A stretch of DNA of 64,000 nucleotides from an uncultured Coprobacillus sp. (GCA_964583155.1 CAZOUY010000003.1:22150-86149), one strand, 5' to 3'; counted from the first letter of the stretch, positions 1 through 11,229 are shown. The notes: generated by a model from the letters alone, not told the origin. Translations and numbers: made by a program.

Positions 1-393
1 AACAAATTCGACAATAGCCATTGGGGCATTATCACCGCGGCGATTCGTAAGCTTTAAAATACGAGTATATCCGCCATTGCGATCGGCATAACGTGGCCCA
101 ATTTCAGTAAATAGTTTATCAAGAGCGGTTTGATCCTTATTAGCAAGAATATCACGAACCACACTTGCGGCCAAACGGCGATGATGCAAATCTCCCTTTT
201 TAGCATAGGTGACTAAGCGATCCGCCATTTTGACGACATCTTTGGCAATTCCAAGTGTCACAGTCACGCGTTCATGAACGATTAATTCACTAACGACATT
301 ACGAAGCATGTTATTATATTTGCTCGATGTATAAGCGGCTTTAAAGCGAACGCCGGTTTTACCATGAACATTTTTACGACCTTGTGCTGGCAT
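1..393 (-). CDS. rplQ: 50S ribosomal protein L17 (5' part; C-terminus beyond window edge)
   Basis: Reverse-strand translation from ATG at 393 gives MPAQGRKNVHGKTGVRFKAAYTSSKYNNMLRN..., a classic L17 N-terminus. SD 'aggagga' lies upstream. Last gene of the alpha operon after rpoA. Confidence 0.85.
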   Translation of the reverse strand, partial: MPAQGRKNVHGKTGVRFKAAYTSSKYNNMLRNVVSELIVHERVTVTLGIAKDVVKMADRLVTYAKKGDLHHRRLAASVVRDILANKDQTALDKLFTEIGPRYADRNGGYTRILKLTNRRGDNAPMAIVEFV

Positions 394-405
394 TAATTTT
401 TCCTC

Positions 406-1359
406 CTATTCGTAGTCATGGAAAGATAAACCAATCGCCATCAATTTTTCTTTGACTTCTTTTAACGATTTCTTTCCAAGATTACGTACTTTCATCATGT
501 CTTCTTCTGTCCGTTGTGTTAATTCAAGGACAGTTTGAATTCCTGCTCTCTTCAAGCAGTTATATGAACGAACTGACAAATCAAGTTCTTCAATTGTCAT
601 ATCCTCATACTTATTAGGTTCTTCTTCAACCTTCTCGGTAATTACATCGATATTCTTGGCGATATCACTCACTTCTTCAAAAAGCTTGAAGTGTTCAACC
701 AAGATTTTTGATGCAAGCGCGAGAGCGTCCTGAGGAAGCATCGAACCATTCGTTTCAATTTCTAAAATCAAACGATCGTAGCGGGAATCATGTCCCACCC
801 GTGTCGGTTCAATGAAATAGCTTACTTTAGTAATTGGCGAATAATTGGAATCGGTCGGAATCGTTCCAATATGTTGGGAAGCGGATTTGTTACCTTCAGC
901 AGTAACATATCCACGGCCATTGCGTGCATAGATGGTCATTTGCAATGTTCCGCCTTCAGCAACATGGGCTATTTCTAATTCCGGATTAATTACCTCCATA
1001 CCATAAGGAAGATCAAGATCGCCCGCCTTTAAAGTGCAAGGTCCTTGGACATCGATAGTAACTTTTTTCGCACTATCCTCTTCATCTTCATCAATCTTTA
1101 ATACTAAATCTTTTAAGTTAAGGATAATAGTGGTCACATCTTCGACGACACCATCTAAAGCACTGAATTCATGACGTGCTCCTTCAACTTTGACTGCATA
1201 AACAGATGCTCCCGGTAAAGAAGATAATAATACTCTCCGTAAAGCATTACCTAAAGTAATACCAAATCCTCTTTCAAGAGGTTCCATAACAAACCTACCC
1301 GAATTGTTTTTTAAATCATAGGTTGCGACTTTAAAAAACGGTTTTTCAAATTTTCTCAT
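406..1359 (-). CDS. rpoA: DNA-directed RNA polymerase subunit alpha
   Basis: 317 aa ORF MRKFEKP...LGNALRRVLLSS, an RpoA N-terminal domain motif. Synteny rpsK-rpoA-rplQ. Confidence 0.95.
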   Translation of the reverse strand: MRKFEKPFFKVATYDLKNNSGRFVMEPLERGFGITLGNALRRVLLSSLPGASVYAVKVEGARHEFSALDGVVEDVTTIILNLKDLVLKIDEDEEDSAKKVTIDVQGPCTLKAGDLDLPYGMEVINPELEIAHVAEGGTLQMTIYARNGRGYVTAEGNKSASQHIGTIPTDSNYSPITKVSYFIEPTRVGHDSRYDRLILEIETNGSMLPQDALALASKILVEHFKLFEEVSDIAKNIDVITEKVEEEPNKYEDMTIEELDLSVRSYNCLKRAGIQTVLELTQRTEEDMMKVRNLGKKSLKEVKEKLMAIGLSFHDYE

Positions 1360-1401
1360 TGCGTTTCCTCCTTTGCAATCAACTTAGTTATTGAACAACA
1401 A

Positions 1402-1803
1402 TTAACCACGTGGACGCTTTGGTGGACGGCAACCATTATGGGGAATCGGTGTGGTATCAGTAATCATCACGATATTTAATCCCGCTGCTTGTAAACTACG
1501 AACTGCCGATTCACGACCTGGTCCTGGGCCTTTAACGTTGACATCAACGGTTTTAATTCCTTGATCCAAAGCCTTTTTGGCACACGCCTCTGCAGCAGCT
1601 TGTGCCGCAAAAGGAGTTGACTTTTTGGCGCCTTTGAATCCTAATGCACCAGCGCTTGACCAAGCAATAGCGTTTCCTGCTTCGTCGGTAATGGTGACAA
1701 TAGTATTATTGAAAGTTGAGTGAACGTGGGCAATACCTTTTGTATAGCTTCTTTTAATCTTTTTCTTCCGTGTTGTCGAAGATTTCTTTGCAACTTTAGC
1801 CAT
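1402..1803 (-). CDS. rpsK: 30S ribosomal protein S11
   Basis: 133 aa, ...[18 protein letters not shown]..., S11 signature. Position between rpsM and rpoA. Confidence 0.95.
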   Translation of the reverse strand: MAKVAKKSSTTRKKKIKRSYTKGIAHVHSTFNNTIVTITDEAGNAIAWSSAGALGFKGAKKSTPFAAQAAAEACAKKALDQGIKTVDVNVKGPGPGRESAVRSLQAAGLNIVMITDTTPIPHNGCRPPKRPRG

Positions 1804-1824
1804 AATTCTTTCTCCTCACTTTCC

Positions 1825-2199
1825 TTATTGAGTAGCTTTCTTCTTATTCGCAATGGTCTTTTTCGGTCCTTTGCGAGTCCGAGCGTTCGTTCTCGTTCTT
1901 TGACCACGAACTGGTAGACCTTTACGATGGCGAAGTCCGCGATAGCATCCGATTTCTTGAAGACGCTTAATGCTTAAGGAATTTTCCCGACGGAGATCTC
2001 CTTCTACACGATAATGCGCCACTTCACTACGGATAGCGGTTAGTTGATCTTCAGTAAGATTCTTCACGCGAATATCTTCACTGATATTTAATTTGCTTAA
2101 AATTTTCTTTGCAGTGGTGGGTCCAATTCCGTAAATATAAGTAAGGGAAATGACCACACGCTTTTCATTTGGAATATCTACTCCAGCAATACGTGCCAT
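1825..2199 (-). CDS. rpsM: 30S ribosomal protein S13
   Basis: 124 aa, [26 protein letters not shown], typical S13. Confidence 0.95.
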   Translation of the reverse strand: MARIAGVDIPNEKRVVISLTYIYGIGPTTAKKILSKLNISEDIRVKNLTEDQLTAIRSEVAHYRVEGDLRRENSLSIKRLQEIGCYRGLRHRKGLPVRGQRTRTNARTRKGPKKTIANKKKATQ

Positions 2200-2214
2200 A
2201 ATTTTAAATTCCTC

Positions 2215-2331
2215 CTAATTTCCTTGTCTCTGCTTATGTTTTGGATTCGAGCAAATGACCATGATACGGCCATGACGACGAATCACTTTGCATTTATCGC
2301 AGATAGGTTTGACTGAGGGTCTGACTTTCAT
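2215..2331 (-). CDS. rpmJ: 50S ribosomal protein L36 (not in supplied ORF track; 38 aa)
   Basis: Manual reverse translation gives [38 protein letters not shown]. Canonical L36 with a CxxC...C zinc ribbon. SD 'aggagga' upstream. Located between infA and rpsM as in other Bacillota. Confidence 0.85.
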   Translation of the reverse strand: MKVRPSVKPICDKCKVIRRHGRIMVICSNPKHKQRQGN

Positions 2332-2351
2332 AAAAATTTTCCTCCTCGTTT

Positions 2352-2570
2352 TTATTTAAATCTAAATGTGATTCTACCCCGTGTTAAATCGTAGGGCGAT
2401 ATTTCCACCGTAACTCTATCACCTGGTAAAATGCGAATGTAGTTCATGCGGATTTTACCAGAAACGGTTGCGAGAATTACGACGCCGTTTTGTAGCTTCA
2501 CGCGAAACATCGCGTTAGGAAGCGTTTCTACGACTATCGCCTCGACTTCAATGACATCTTCTTTTGCCAT
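2352..2570 (-). CDS. infA: translation initiation factor IF-1
   Basis: 72 aa, [29 protein letters not shown]..., S1-like IF-1. Confidence 0.95.
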   Translation of the reverse strand: MAKEDVIEVEAIVVETLPNAMFRVKLQNGVVILATVSGKIRMNYIRILPGDRVTVEISPYDLTRGRITFRFK

Positions 2571-2582
2571 TTTTATCCTCCA

Positions 2583-3341
2583 TCATTTCTTAGTTTGATT
2601 TAATGTGAGAACTTCATAGCCCTCTAAGGTAACAACAATTGTATTTTCATAATGGCTCGCTAATTTACCATCCACCGTTTTCACCGTCCAGCCATCCGGC
2701 ATGGTTTTTGTCTCTCTTCGTCCCTGATGCAGCATCGGCTCAATAGCCAAGCACATCCCAACGCGAAGCTTGGGACCATGTCCGGGAAGACCATAATTTG
2801 GAATAATCGGGTCCTCGTGAAGCTCAGTTCCAATTCCATGTCCCGTATAATCACGGGGAATGGAAAATCCGTTAGCCTCGGCATGCGATTGAATAATGTG
2901 GGAAATATCCGATAAATAAACGCCCGGCTTAATTATCTTTAAAGCCTCAAAGAAACATTCTTCAGTAACACGAATCAATTTTTGAGCTTCTTCACTGACC
3001 TTGCCGATAGCATAGGTTCGAGCAGCGTCACCATTATATCCTTTATAAACAGCTCCAACATCGATCGAAACGATATCGCCTTCTTTTAAGCGATAGTGAC
3101 TGGGAAATCCATGAACGAGCGTATCATTGACTGAGATACAGCATGTATAGGGAAATCCACCATATCCCTTAAATCCAGGCACCGCTTGTTGATCACGAAT
3201 AGTTTTTTCCGCTACTCGATCAAGCTCTAATGTGGTGATACCGGGCTTTAACAACGGTTCCAGTGCCGTAAAGACACTGGCCGTTATCTTGCCGGCTTCG
3301 CGCATCAACTCGATTTCTCGAGGAGATTTAACGATAATCAT
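2583..3341 (-). CDS. map: methionine aminopeptidase type I
   Basis: 252 aa with the metal-ligand context of M24A. Sits between adk and infA. Confidence 0.9.
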   Translation of the reverse strand: MIIVKSPREIELMREAGKITASVFTALEPLLKPGITTLELDRVAEKTIRDQQAVPGFKGYGGFPYTCCISVNDTLVHGFPSHYRLKEGDIVSIDVGAVYKGYNGDAARTYAIGKVSEEAQKLIRVTEECFFEALKIIKPGVYLSDISHIIQSHAEANGFSIPRDYTGHGIGTELHEDPIIPNYGLPGHGPKLRVGMCLAIEPMLHQGRRETKTMPDGWTVKTVDGKLASHYENTIVVTLEGYEVLTLNQTKK

Positions 3342-3347
3342 AGCCGT

Positions 3348-3995
3348 TTATTCTCCTTTTAATAAATGGGAGATGTCTTGGAAGACGTCTTCTATGTCTT
3401 GAAGCCCATCGACCGAACGAAGTAAATTGCGTTCTCTATAAAAAGCAATTAAAGGTTTGGTTTGGGTTTCATAGGCATCTAATCTTTCGTTCAATACCTC
3501 AACGGTATCATCCTTACGCTGAATGAGTTCACCACCGCAAAGATCGCAAACACCATCGACCTTACTCGGTAAGAAATCAACATGATATGGTGCAGCACAG
3601 GTTTTGCAAACCCTGCGACCGCTAATCCGCTGAATTAAGGCGTCTTTATCAGCCGTAATATTAATAACCATAGTTATTGGACGATCAATTTCTTTTGTTA
3701 GAGCTTCAAGAGCTTCCGCTTGTGGAATAGTCCTTGGAAAGCCATCAAGAAGATAACCATGAGCGCAATCGGGTTCGGCCAATCTTTCTTTGACTAAACC
3801 GATTGTCACTTCATCAGGAACCAAAAATCCCTGATTAATATAACTTGCCGCAAGAACTCCTAAGGGTGTTCCTGCTTTAATTGCGGCGCGAAACATATCG
3901 CCAGTGGAAATATGCGGAATTTTAAAATCGGCAATAATTCTTTTGGCTTGTGTTCCTTTGCCGGCACCTGGTGGGCCCATCAATATAATATTCAT
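3348..3995 (-). CDS. adk: adenylate kinase
   Basis: 215 aa, GPPGAGKGTQA P-loop. Zinc-lid cysteines CKTCAAPYH...CDLCGG. Confidence 0.95.
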   Translation of the reverse strand: MNIILMGPPGAGKGTQAKRIIADFKIPHISTGDMFRAAIKAGTPLGVLAASYINQGFLVPDEVTIGLVKERLAEPDCAHGYLLDGFPRTIPQAEALEALTKEIDRPITMVINITADKDALIQRISGRRVCKTCAAPYHVDFLPSKVDGVCDLCGGELIQRKDDTVEVLNERLDAYETQTKPLIAFYRERNLLRSVDGLQDIEDVFQDISHLLKGE

Positions 3996-3997
3996 GA

Positions 3998-5368
3998 TTA
4001 ATACCCCCTCTTAGCACTGCTAGCGGTAACCTCTTCAAAGCTCTTACCCGCTAAAAGACCATCGATCTGCGAGTTGATTTCCAAAGCAACACCAACAACA
4101 ATGATAAGTCCGGTTCCACCTAACGCCAGCTGTTGCGGTAAAACGCCGGTCAAGGTTAAGACAACCGGTAAGGCCGCAATAAACGCTAACGCAGTCGCGC
4201 CGATAAAGGTCACGCGATTCAAAACTTTGCGAACATAGCGCTCCGTTTCGTTTCCGGGAAGATTACCTGGGCGAATACCAGGAATATACGATCCATTATT
4301 GTAGAAATTGATGGATAACTGTTCCGGATTGATCTGTAAGTTTGAATAGAAGAATGAGAAGACAAAGATGAGTACTAAATAGATAATTAATCCCCATGGC
4401 ATATACCAAGACCCGCCATTGAACCATGGCATTTTAGTCATGGCTGTGGTCGAGAAGATATTTAGCCATTCAGCACTTGTGTCAGCTCCTGTAATAAAAC
4501 TTACAATAACCGTTGGCGCCATCATGATAGAGGACGCAAAGATAACCGGAATAACTCCTGCAGAGTTGATTTTAATCGGTAAGAAGCTAGCTTGTGACAT
4601 TTTTTGTGATCCGCTTTTCCCCGAATGCTGAACCGGTATTTTCCGTTTAGACAATTCGACAAAGACCACGAAACAAATAATCAATAGATAAGCCACAACG
4701 TAGAGAGCAAACCGAATTGCTCCTTCTAGAATCCGTGATGAGACAGCACTCATCATCGGATAATATAACCATTGCTGGAACGCCGTGGTCATTTGACTTG
4801 GTAAGGAACTGATGATACCGGCAAAGATAATCACCGAAATACCGTTACCTAATCCTTTAGTTGTAATTTGGTCACCGAGCCACATTACAAGCATACCGCC
4901 CGCAATGAGGACCGTAACAATATAAGCATAATCCCAGAATCCTGTTCCCATCGTCAAAGTGATATAATCACTATTTTCCATTGTTTTAATTATACCATAG
5001 GCTTGAACCGCTCCTAAAAGAAGCGTTAAGTATCTGGTCGTCATTTCCATTTTCTTTCGTCCGGTTTGTCCTTCTTTGCTCAATTGCGCCAAAGCGGGCA
5101 AAACATCCATGGAAAGTAATTGGACAATAATGGAAGACGTAATATATGGGGAGACTCCTAAAGCGAAAATTGAAAAGCTTGATAATGCTCCTCCACCTAA
5201 CAAATTCATTAATCCAAAAACGCTATTTTCCGAGAAATCGATATTTTGGACTTTCACACCGGGAATCGTAATAGCCGATCCGATACGGAAAATGAGTAAG
5301 ATTGCTAGAGTGAAGACAATTCGCCCCATAATTTCTTTGTTTTTAAAAATTGAAATGATTTTCTTCAT
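3998..5368 (-). CDS. secY: preprotein translocase subunit SecY
   Basis: 456 aa polytopic membrane protein. Conserved spc-operon position between rplO and adk. Confidence 0.95.
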   Translation of the reverse strand: MKKIISIFKNKEIMGRIVFTLAILLIFRIGSAITIPGVKVQNIDFSENSVFGLMNLLGGGALSSFSIFALGVSPYITSSIIVQLLSMDVLPALAQLSKEGQTGRKKMEMTTRYLTLLLGAVQAYGIIKTMENSDYITLTMGTGFWDYAYIVTVLIAGGMLVMWLGDQITTKGLGNGISVIIFAGIISSLPSQMTTAFQQWLYYPMMSAVSSRILEGAIRFALYVVAYLLIICFVVFVELSKRKIPVQHSGKSGSQKMSQASFLPIKINSAGVIPVIFASSIMMAPTVIVSFITGADTSAEWLNIFSTTAMTKMPWFNGGSWYMPWGLIIYLVLIFVFSFFYSNLQINPEQLSINFYNNGSYIPGIRPGNLPGNETERYVRKVLNRVTFIGATALAFIAALPVVLTLTGVLPQQLALGGTGLIIVVGVALEINSQIDGLLAGKSFEEVTASSAKRGY

Positions 5369-5370
5369 AA

Positions 5371-5820
5371 TCAGATCACCTCAATTGTACCGCCAGCATC
5401 TTTGATTGCAGCTTCTGCAGCCTTGGAGAATTTATTGGCTTTCACTGTTAATTTTTTAGTCAATTTACCATTGCCTAAAATTTTAACACCATCATATTCC
5501 TTACGGACCACGCCTGCTTCTTTTAACAAAGTTGGAGTGACTTCAACGCCATCTTCAAACATTTCTAAATCGCCGACATTGACAATTGCGTAATCAATAC
5601 GAGTAACATTATGGAATCCTCTTTTTGGTAAACGACGGTATAGAGGGTTTTGGCCACCTTCAAAGCCGAGACGAGTTCCGCCACCACTTCGAGAATTTTG
5701 ACCCTTTTGGCCCTTACCGGAAGTTTTACCATTTCCTGTTCCAATACCACGTCCGACGCGGAATGAATTTTTACGGGATCCTTCTGTGTATTCGAGTTCA
5801 TGCAGTTTCATATTGTGCAC
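5371..5820 (-). CDS. rplO: 50S ribosomal protein L15
   Basis: 149 aa, G/R-rich N-terminus typical of L15. Confidence 0.95.
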   Translation of the reverse strand: MHNMKLHELEYTEGSRKNSFRVGRGIGTGNGKTSGKGQKGQNSRSGGGTRLGFEGGQNPLYRRLPKRGFHNVTRIDYAIVNVGDLEMFEDGVEVTPTLLKEAGVVRKEYDGVKILGNGKLTKKLTVKANKFSKAAEAAIKDAGGTIEVI

Positions 5821-5853
5821 CTCCCTATTTTTAGAATAATTGTTGCGCTTTTT

Positions 5854-6453
5854 TTATTTACGGAGCGCTTTGACTTCGCCAATGGTCTTTAAAGATTGAA
5901 GACCGGCTGTGGTCGCACGTAGAATATTGATTGGTCTACGAGCACCGTAAACTTTTGAATAAATATTCTTGACACCAGCTAATTCCAAGATGGCCCGGAC
6001 TGGACCACCAGCGACGATTCCGGTACCTTCGGGAGCAGGTTTTAAGAAAACCTTGGTGGCTCCAAAGAGACCTTCCACTTCGTGAGGGATGGTATCACCT
6101 TTCACCATTGGAACACGGAACATATTCTTCTTCGCAGCTTCCAATGCTTTTTTAATGGCATCGGGTACTTCGGTTGCTTTGCCTGTTCCATATCCAAATT
6201 TTCCTTTGCCATCACCGATGACAACAACCGCCGAGAAGCGCATATGACGTCCACCTTTAACGGTCTTGCTAACACGATTAATGGATACGACGCGTTCTTC
6301 ATATTGCTTTTCAGGGCGTTCGGGACGTTTGGCCCCACGACGTTCTCCACGATGATCACCGCGAGGACGACGTTCTCCACGAGGAGCGCGTTTTTCTGGA
6401 GTTGCGCTGGTTTCAGTTTCTTCGACAGCGACTACTTTTTCTTCTTCAGTCAT
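5854..6453 (-). CDS. rpsE: 30S ribosomal protein S5 (with ~35-aa R/E-rich N-terminal extension)
   Basis: 199 aa. The S5 core ...[30 protein letters not shown]... follows a charged N-terminal extension. It directly follows rplR with no intervening L30 gene. Confidence 0.9.
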   Translation of the reverse strand: MTEEEKVVAVEETETSATPEKRAPRGERRPRGDHRGERRGAKRPERPEKQYEERVVSINRVSKTVKGGRHMRFSAVVVIGDGKGKFGYGTGKATEVPDAIKKALEAAKKNMFRVPMVKGDTIPHEVEGLFGATKVFLKPAPEGTGIVAGGPVRAILELAGVKNIYSKVYGARRPINILRATTAGLQSLKTIGEVKALRK

Positions 6454-6465
6454 TTTTCGTTCCTC

Positions 6466-6822
6466 CTAGAATTTTAAGCCAGCTTCACGAGCGGCTTCTG
6501 CAACAGCTTTGACACGTCCATGATAAATATAACCTGAACGATCGAATACGACGGTTTCAATTCCCGCTGCCAAAGCCTTTTGAGCGAGATCGGCTCCAAC
6601 CTTAGAGGCGGCTTCAATATTACTTCCGTTAGCTAATTTTAAAGCTACCGATGAAGAGCTAACTAAGGTTACACCATTCACATCATCGATAAGTTGGGCG
6701 TGAATATGTGCATTTGAACGATATACGCTTAATCGTGGGCATGCGCTTGTTCCACTGATCTTTGTGCGAACACGAGCATGGCGACGTTGACGAACAACAT
6801 TTCTTGTTTCTTTTGTAATCAT
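6466..6822 (-). CDS. rplR: 50S ribosomal protein L18
   Basis: 118 aa. Synteny rplF-rplR-rpsE. Confidence 0.95.
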   Translation of the reverse strand: MITKETRNVVRQRRHARVRTKISGTSACPRLSVYRSNAHIHAQLIDDVNGVTLVSSSSVALKLANGSNIEAASKVGADLAQKALAAGIETVVFDRSGYIYHGRVKAVAEAAREAGLKF

Positions 6823-6841
6823 ACTCTTTCCTCCTTACCGA

Positions 6842-7384
6842 TTATTTCTTACCAGCGCGTTTTCCTTCTTTGCGGATAATACGCTCATTCTTATACATAA
6901 TACCTTTACCCTTATATGGCTCTGGTTCACGAACCGCACGGATTCGGGCGGCCGTTTGTCCGACTGCTTGACGATTAGTTCCTTCAACCGTCACTTCAGT
7001 AGCGGATTGACAACTAATTTTAACACCATCTTCCGGGTGAATAAAGACATCATGTGAGTAACCGATAAACAATTGTAAATCGTTACCCTTCATTTGAGCT
7101 CGATAACCGATACCAACGATTACGAGTTCTTTTTTGAATCCTTCGGTGACGCCGACGATCATGTTGTGAATCAAAGCACGGGTTGTTCCGTGAAGTGCTT
7201 TGGTCTGTTTTTCATCGTTCGGACGAACAACCTTCAATTCTTGACCATTGATTTCATATGTAAAACGGCTATCAAAAGTCGCGGTTTCCGTTCCTTTCGG
7301 TCCTTTCACCGTCACAACATTGCCATTTACTTCAACGGTTGTGCCTGCAGGTATTTCAATTGCCTTATGACCAATACGTGACAT
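6842..7384 (-). CDS. rplF: 50S ribosomal protein L6
   Basis: ORF 6842..7402; the start is more likely the internal Met (MSRIGHKAIEIP..., typical L6 N-terminus) at 7384. That leaves a 12-nt gap to rpsH. Confidence 0.9.
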   Translation of the reverse strand: MSRIGHKAIEIPAGTTVEVNGNVVTVKGPKGTETATFDSRFTYEINGQELKVVRPNDEKQTKALHGTTRALIHNMIVGVTEGFKKELVIVGIGYRAQMKGNDLQLFIGYSHDVFIHPEDGVKISCQSATEVTVEGTNRQAVGQTAARIRAVREPEPYKGKGIMYKNERIIRKEGKRAGKK

Positions 7385-7395
7385 TTTATTTCCTC

Positions 7396-7791
7396 CTACC
7401 AAATGTAAGCGATGACTTCGCCGCCAACGCCTAAGGCACGGGCTTGTTTATCGCTCATAACTCCCTTGGAAGTTGAGATAATCGCAATTCCTAATCCTTT
7501 TAAAACATGAGGGAGCTTGTCAGCCGGGGCATTAACACGAAGACCGGGTTTGGAAATTTTCTTTAACCCAGAGATAACGCGTACGCCACCTTCTGCATAT
7601 TTTAATGTAATTGTGAGTTCTTTTTTGACATCGCCGGTAACAGCGTAGTCAACGATGAAGCCTTCTTCTTTTAAGATATCAGCAATCCGCACTTTCATCT
7701 TTGAACTCGGCATTGTAACTGTTTCGTGACGCATAACATTGGCGTTACGAATTCTTGTAAGCATATCTGCAATTGGATCTGTCATTACCAT
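7396..7791 (-). CDS. rpsH: 30S ribosomal protein S8
   Basis: 131 aa, [19 protein letters not shown]8 signature. Confidence 0.95.
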   Translation of the reverse strand: MVMTDPIADMLTRIRNANVMRHETVTMPSSKMKVRIADILKEEGFIVDYAVTGDVKKELTITLKYAEGGVRVISGLKKISKPGLRVNAPADKLPHVLKGLGIAIISTSKGVMSDKQARALGVGGEVIAYIW

Positions 7792-7811
7792 AGTTATTTC
7801 CTCCTTCTAGA

Positions 7812-7997
7812 TTACCAGCTGGACTTCTTCATGCCGGGAATTTCGCCCTTATAAGCTAATTCACGCAAGCAGATTCGGCACAACTTAAATTTGCGAATGA
7901 CTGAGTGAGGACGTCCACAACGTTCACAACGTGTGTATTCTCTGACTTTGAATTTTTGTGGCCGATGATTTTTAGCCACCATTGATTTCTTTGCCAT
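7812..7997 (-). CDS. rpsZ: 30S ribosomal protein S14 type Z (zinc-binding)
   Basis: 61 aa with a CxxC...CxxC zinc ribbon (CERCGRP...CRICLRE). Confidence 0.9.
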   Translation of the reverse strand: MAKKSMVAKNHRPQKFKVREYTRCERCGRPHSVIRKFKLCRICLRELAYKGEIPGMKKSSW

Positions 7998-8012
7998 CTT
8001 TCAATCCTCCTT

Positions 8013-8570
8013 TTATTTATGAAATGGCATACCGAGCATTTCTAACAAGCTATAGGCTTCTTCGTCGGTATGAGCCGTTGTAACAATCACGATATCCATT
8101 CCACGGATTTTGCTCACCTTATCATAATCAATTTCCGGGAAAATCAATTGCTCCTTGATGCCTAATGTATAATCGCCACGGCCATCAAAAGCATTTTTGC
8201 TAACCCCACGGAAATCACGAACGCGTGGAAGAGCGATTGTAAATAATTTATCGAGGAATTCATACATCCGAACTCCGCGAAGAGTAACTTTGCAGCCAAT
8301 GGGTTGTCCAGCACGAAGTTTGAAACTGGCGATGGATTTCTTAGCTTTCGTAATGACCGGTCTTTGGCCGGTAATAATCGCTAATTCATTAGCGGCATCT
8401 TCCAACATTTTGGAATTGGAGGTTGCATCACCAACACCGATATTGATAACCACTTTTTCCAAAGCGGGAACCTGCATCACTGAGGAATAACCATACTTTT
8501 TAAATAAAGCAGGGGCAATTTCTTCAGCATATTTTTGTTGGAGACGATTTGCATATGTTTTATTTGACAT
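8013..8570 (-). CDS. rplE: 50S ribosomal protein L5
   Basis: 185 aa. Synteny rplX-rplE-rpsZ. Confidence 0.95.
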   Translation of the reverse strand: MSNKTYANRLQQKYAEEIAPALFKKYGYSSVMQVPALEKVVINIGVGDATSNSKMLEDAANELAIITGQRPVITKAKKSIASFKLRAGQPIGCKVTLRGVRMYEFLDKLFTIALPRVRDFRGVSKNAFDGRGDYTLGIKEQLIFPEIDYDKVSKIRGMDIVIVTTAHTDEEAYSLLEMLGMPFHK

Positions 8571-8584
8571 TAATTGCTACCTCC

Positions 8585-8899
8585 TTAGTCCAATTTGGCA
8601 TTGCTGGATTTAGTTCTAGCAACACGAACTTTTTTGCCCTTGACCACATCATAGCCGACACGAGTGGCTTTTTTGGTTTTCGGATCAATGAGAGCAACAT
8701 TGCTTACATCAATCGGGGCATAAACATCAACGATCGATCCTTCCGGATTTTGTTGAGTTGGTTTTTTATGTTTCTTTCGAATATTAATTCCTTCGACAAC
8801 CACTTTATTCAGACTTGGATAGGCTCTTTGAACGATACCTGTCTTACCTTTATAAAATCCGGAAATGACGATTACTTTATCACCTTTTTTGATTTTCAT
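8585..8899 (-). CDS. rplX: 50S ribosomal protein L24
   Basis: 104 aa, [14 protein letters not shown] (KOW motif). Confidence 0.95.
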   Translation of the reverse strand: MKIKKGDKVIVISGFYKGKTGIVQRAYPSLNKVVVEGINIRKKHKKPTQQNPEGSIVDVYAPIDVSNVALIDPKTKKATRVGYDVVKGKKVRVARTKSSNAKLD

Positions 8900-8911
8900 A
8901 GTTATTTCCTC

Positions 8912-9286
8912 CTATAAAACTTCCGGTGCTAAGGAAATAATTTTCATGAATTTATCTCCCTTTTCCCGAAGTTCACGAGCCACCGGTCCAAATACCCGGG
9001 TGCCTCTTGGTGTGCCATCATCGTTAATGATGACCACAGCATTATCATCGAAACGAATTGTTGATCCGTCTGGACGATTAACCGCTTTAGCCACACGAAC
9101 GATCACGCATTTTACCACATCACCTTTTTTGACTTTGGCGTTAGGAATAGCATCCTTAACAGCACATAAGACAACATCACCAAGAGATGAAGATTTACGA
9201 TGTGAACCGCCATATAAACGGAAGACTCTAACAGAACGAGCGCCAGAGTTATCTGCTACTACAAGATTTGTTTCAGTTTGAATCAT
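8912..9286 (-). CDS. rplN: 50S ribosomal protein L14
   Basis: 124 aa, [17 protein letters not shown]. Confidence 0.95.
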   Translation of the reverse strand: MIQTETNLVVADNSGARSVRVFRLYGGSHRKSSSLGDVVLCAVKDAIPNAKVKKGDVVKCVIVRVAKAVNRPDGSTIRFDDNAVVIINDDGTPRGTRVFGPVARELREKGDKFMKIISLAPEVL

Positions 9287-9303
9287 AACTTCGCTCCTCC
9301 CTC

Positions 9304-9567
9304 TTAGTCTTCAACAGCCTTGCTTACTACCGAAACAAGACGGAAACGTTTGGTTGCGGACAAAGGACGTGTTTCCATAATGGTTACAACATCGCCTTTT
9401 TTGGCAACATTATTTTCATCATGAGCCTTATATTTTTTAGCATATTTTACACGTTTGCCATATTTCGCATGCATTTTATGTGTTTCGACCAAAACCGTAA
9501 TGGTTTTGTCCATTTTATCAGAGATTACGACTCCTTTAAGTGTTCGACGAGTTTTTCTTTCTTCCAT
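9304..9567 (-). CDS. rpsQ: 30S ribosomal protein S17
   Basis: 87 aa. Synteny. Confidence 0.95.
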   Translation of the reverse strand: MEERKTRRTLKGVVISDKMDKTITVLVETHKMHAKYGKRVKYAKKYKAHDENNVAKKGDVVTIMETRPLSATKRFRLVSVVSKAVED

Positions 9568-9580
9568 GAATCATTACCTC

Positions 9581-9778
9581 CTATTTAATTCCGAGTTCAC
9601 GTTCACGAATCACCGTATAAATACGAGCGATATCTTTACGTGCAGCGGTCATCGTTTTTCCGTTTTCAAGTTGTCCGACAGCTTGTTTACGGCGGGCTTC
9701 AAATAATTGTTCTTTAAGCTCATAGACCTTCGCATGAAGCTCTTCAGTGCTCATTTCTCTAATTTCTTTGAGTTTCAT
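9581..9778 (-). CDS. rpmC: 50S ribosomal protein L29
   Basis: 65 aa, MKLKEIREMSTEELHAKVYELKEQLF. Confidence 0.9.
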   Translation of the reverse strand: MKLKEIREMSTEELHAKVYELKEQLFEARRKQAVGQLENGKTMTAARKDIARIYTVIRERELGIK

Positions 9779-9780
9779 AA

Positions 9781-10197
9781 CTATTCCGCCTTTCCTTTCG
9801 CGATCACCTTACATTTGATTGGAAGCTTGTAAGAGGCTAACCGCAACGCTTCACGAGCATCAGCCTCAGGTACGCCTCCGATTTCAAACATAACGCGTCC
9901 TGTTTTGACAACTGCTACCCAGGATTCTGGGGAACCTTTACCGGAACCCATACGAACTTCGGCAGGTTTCTTGGTTTTTGCTAAATGTGGATAAATACGA
10001 ATCCAAATTTGTCCACTTCTTTTGGTGTAACGGGATAAGACGATACGTGCCGCCTCAATTTGACGGTTAGTAATCCAATTCCCTGACACCGCTTGGAGAC
10101 CGAATTCACCGAATTCTACTTCGTTTCCGGCCTTAGAATGACCTTCATATTTAATGCTATGTGGTCTTCTATACTTGACTCTTTTTGGTTGTAACAT
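9781..10197 (-). CDS. rplP: 50S ribosomal protein L16
   Basis: 138 aa, [11 protein letters not shown]. Confidence 0.95.
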   Translation of the reverse strand: MLQPKRVKYRRPHSIKYEGHSKAGNEVEFGEFGLQAVSGNWITNRQIEAARIVLSRYTKRSGQIWIRIYPHLAKTKKPAEVRMGSGKGSPESWVAVVKTGRVMFEIGGVPEADAREALRLASYKLPIKCKVIAKGKAE

Positions 10198-10203
10198 CGT
10201 GAA

Positions 10204-10872
10204 TTATTCTCCTTTCTTTTCTTTGGTGGTTGGGAGAACTTCACCACGGCAAATCCAGACCTTGCAGCCTAAACGGCCATATGTGGTGTGTGCTTCCGCA
10301 AGCGCATAATCAATGTCGCTGCGAAGAGTATGAAGAGGAATAATACCTTCATGATAACCTTCGCTACGAGCGATATCAGCACCGGCAAGACGACCGGAAA
10401 TGAGTGTCTTACAGCCCTTGGCTCCGGCTTTTCTTACTCTTTGAATAGCCTTCTTTTGGACGGTACGGAAAGAAGCACGTTCTTCTAATTGTTTAGCGAT
10501 GCTTTGCGCAACTAGAGTTGCATCAAGATCGGGTTGTTTAACATCAGCAACGCTGACTTTAAGCTCCGATCCTTTAACAATCTTCGCTAAATCCTTTTTA
10601 ATAGCATTGATATTAGCCCCATCTTGGCCAATAACCACGCCCGGACGAGCGACAAAGACAGTAATACTGACCGCATGTCCTTTGTCCGTTTTAATTCTTT
10701 CAATCTCCACATGAGAAAGAAGAGCATCCTTTAACTTTTTCGTTAAATATTTGCGGATCTTAAGATCTTCGTGTAAGAAGGTTGAAAAATCTTGTTTAGA
10801 AGCGTACCAACGAGAATTCCAATCACGATTGATTCCGATACGCATTCCTACTGGATTAACTTTTTGTCCCAT
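10204..10872 (-). CDS. rpsC: 30S ribosomal protein S3
   Basis: ORF runs to 10956. The conserved S3 start [13 protein letters not shown] is the internal Met at 10872; the longer form would overlap rplV. Confidence 0.9.
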   Translation of the reverse strand: MGQKVNPVGMRIGINRDWNSRWYASKQDFSTFLHEDLKIRKYLTKKLKDALLSHVEIERIKTDKGHAVSITVFVARPGVVIGQDGANINAIKKDLAKIVKGSELKVSVADVKQPDLDATLVAQSIAKQLEERASFRTVQKKAIQRVRKAGAKGCKTLISGRLAGADIARSEGYHEGIIPLHTLRSDIDYALAEAHTTYGRLGCKVWICRGEVLPTTKEKKGE

Positions 10873-10885
10873 CGATTTTTCCTCC

Positions 10886-11218
10886 TTATCTTTCTTTAAT
10901 AACACACGTAATGTGTGAAGTTCTTTTGACGATACTAGATGCCGAACCCTTAGCACGAGGCATATAGCGTTTTAAACGTGGTCCATCATTGGCATAAATT
11001 TCGGCAATGTAAAGTCTTGTTTCATCCATGCTGTGATTGTTAATCGCATTAGCAGCACAGGATTTAATCAATTTAACAACGATTGGAGTCGCTGATTTGT
11101 TGACATTGGCAAGAATGCCTAACGCCTCGCTAACATCTTTACCGCGAACAAGGTCGATAACTAAGCGGGCTTTTCGTGGAGTCACTCTGACTCCGGTAAC
11201 AATTGCTTTTGCTTCCAT
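10886..11218 (-). CDS. rplV: 50S ribosomal protein L22
   Basis: 110 aa. Synteny rpsS-rplV-rpsC. Confidence 0.9.
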   Translation of the reverse strand: MEAKAIVTGVRVTPRKARLVIDLVRGKDVSEALGILANVNKSATPIVVKLIKSCAANAINNHSMDETRLYIAEIYANDGPRLKRYMPRAKGSASSIVKRTSHITCVIKER

Positions 11219-11229
11219 AGTTTTTCTCC

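Noticed and set aside
5821-5853. Possible hidden rpmD (L30) gene between rplO and rpsE
   Set aside because: Only 33 nt are available, too short for a ~59-aa gene.
10873-10956. 28-aa N-terminal extension of S3 ([28 protein letters not shown]) and the long forms of rplF (7385-7402) and queH (15392-15445)
   Set aside because: The conserved family N-termini begin at internal Mets. The extensions would overlap upstream genes and are not typical of these families.
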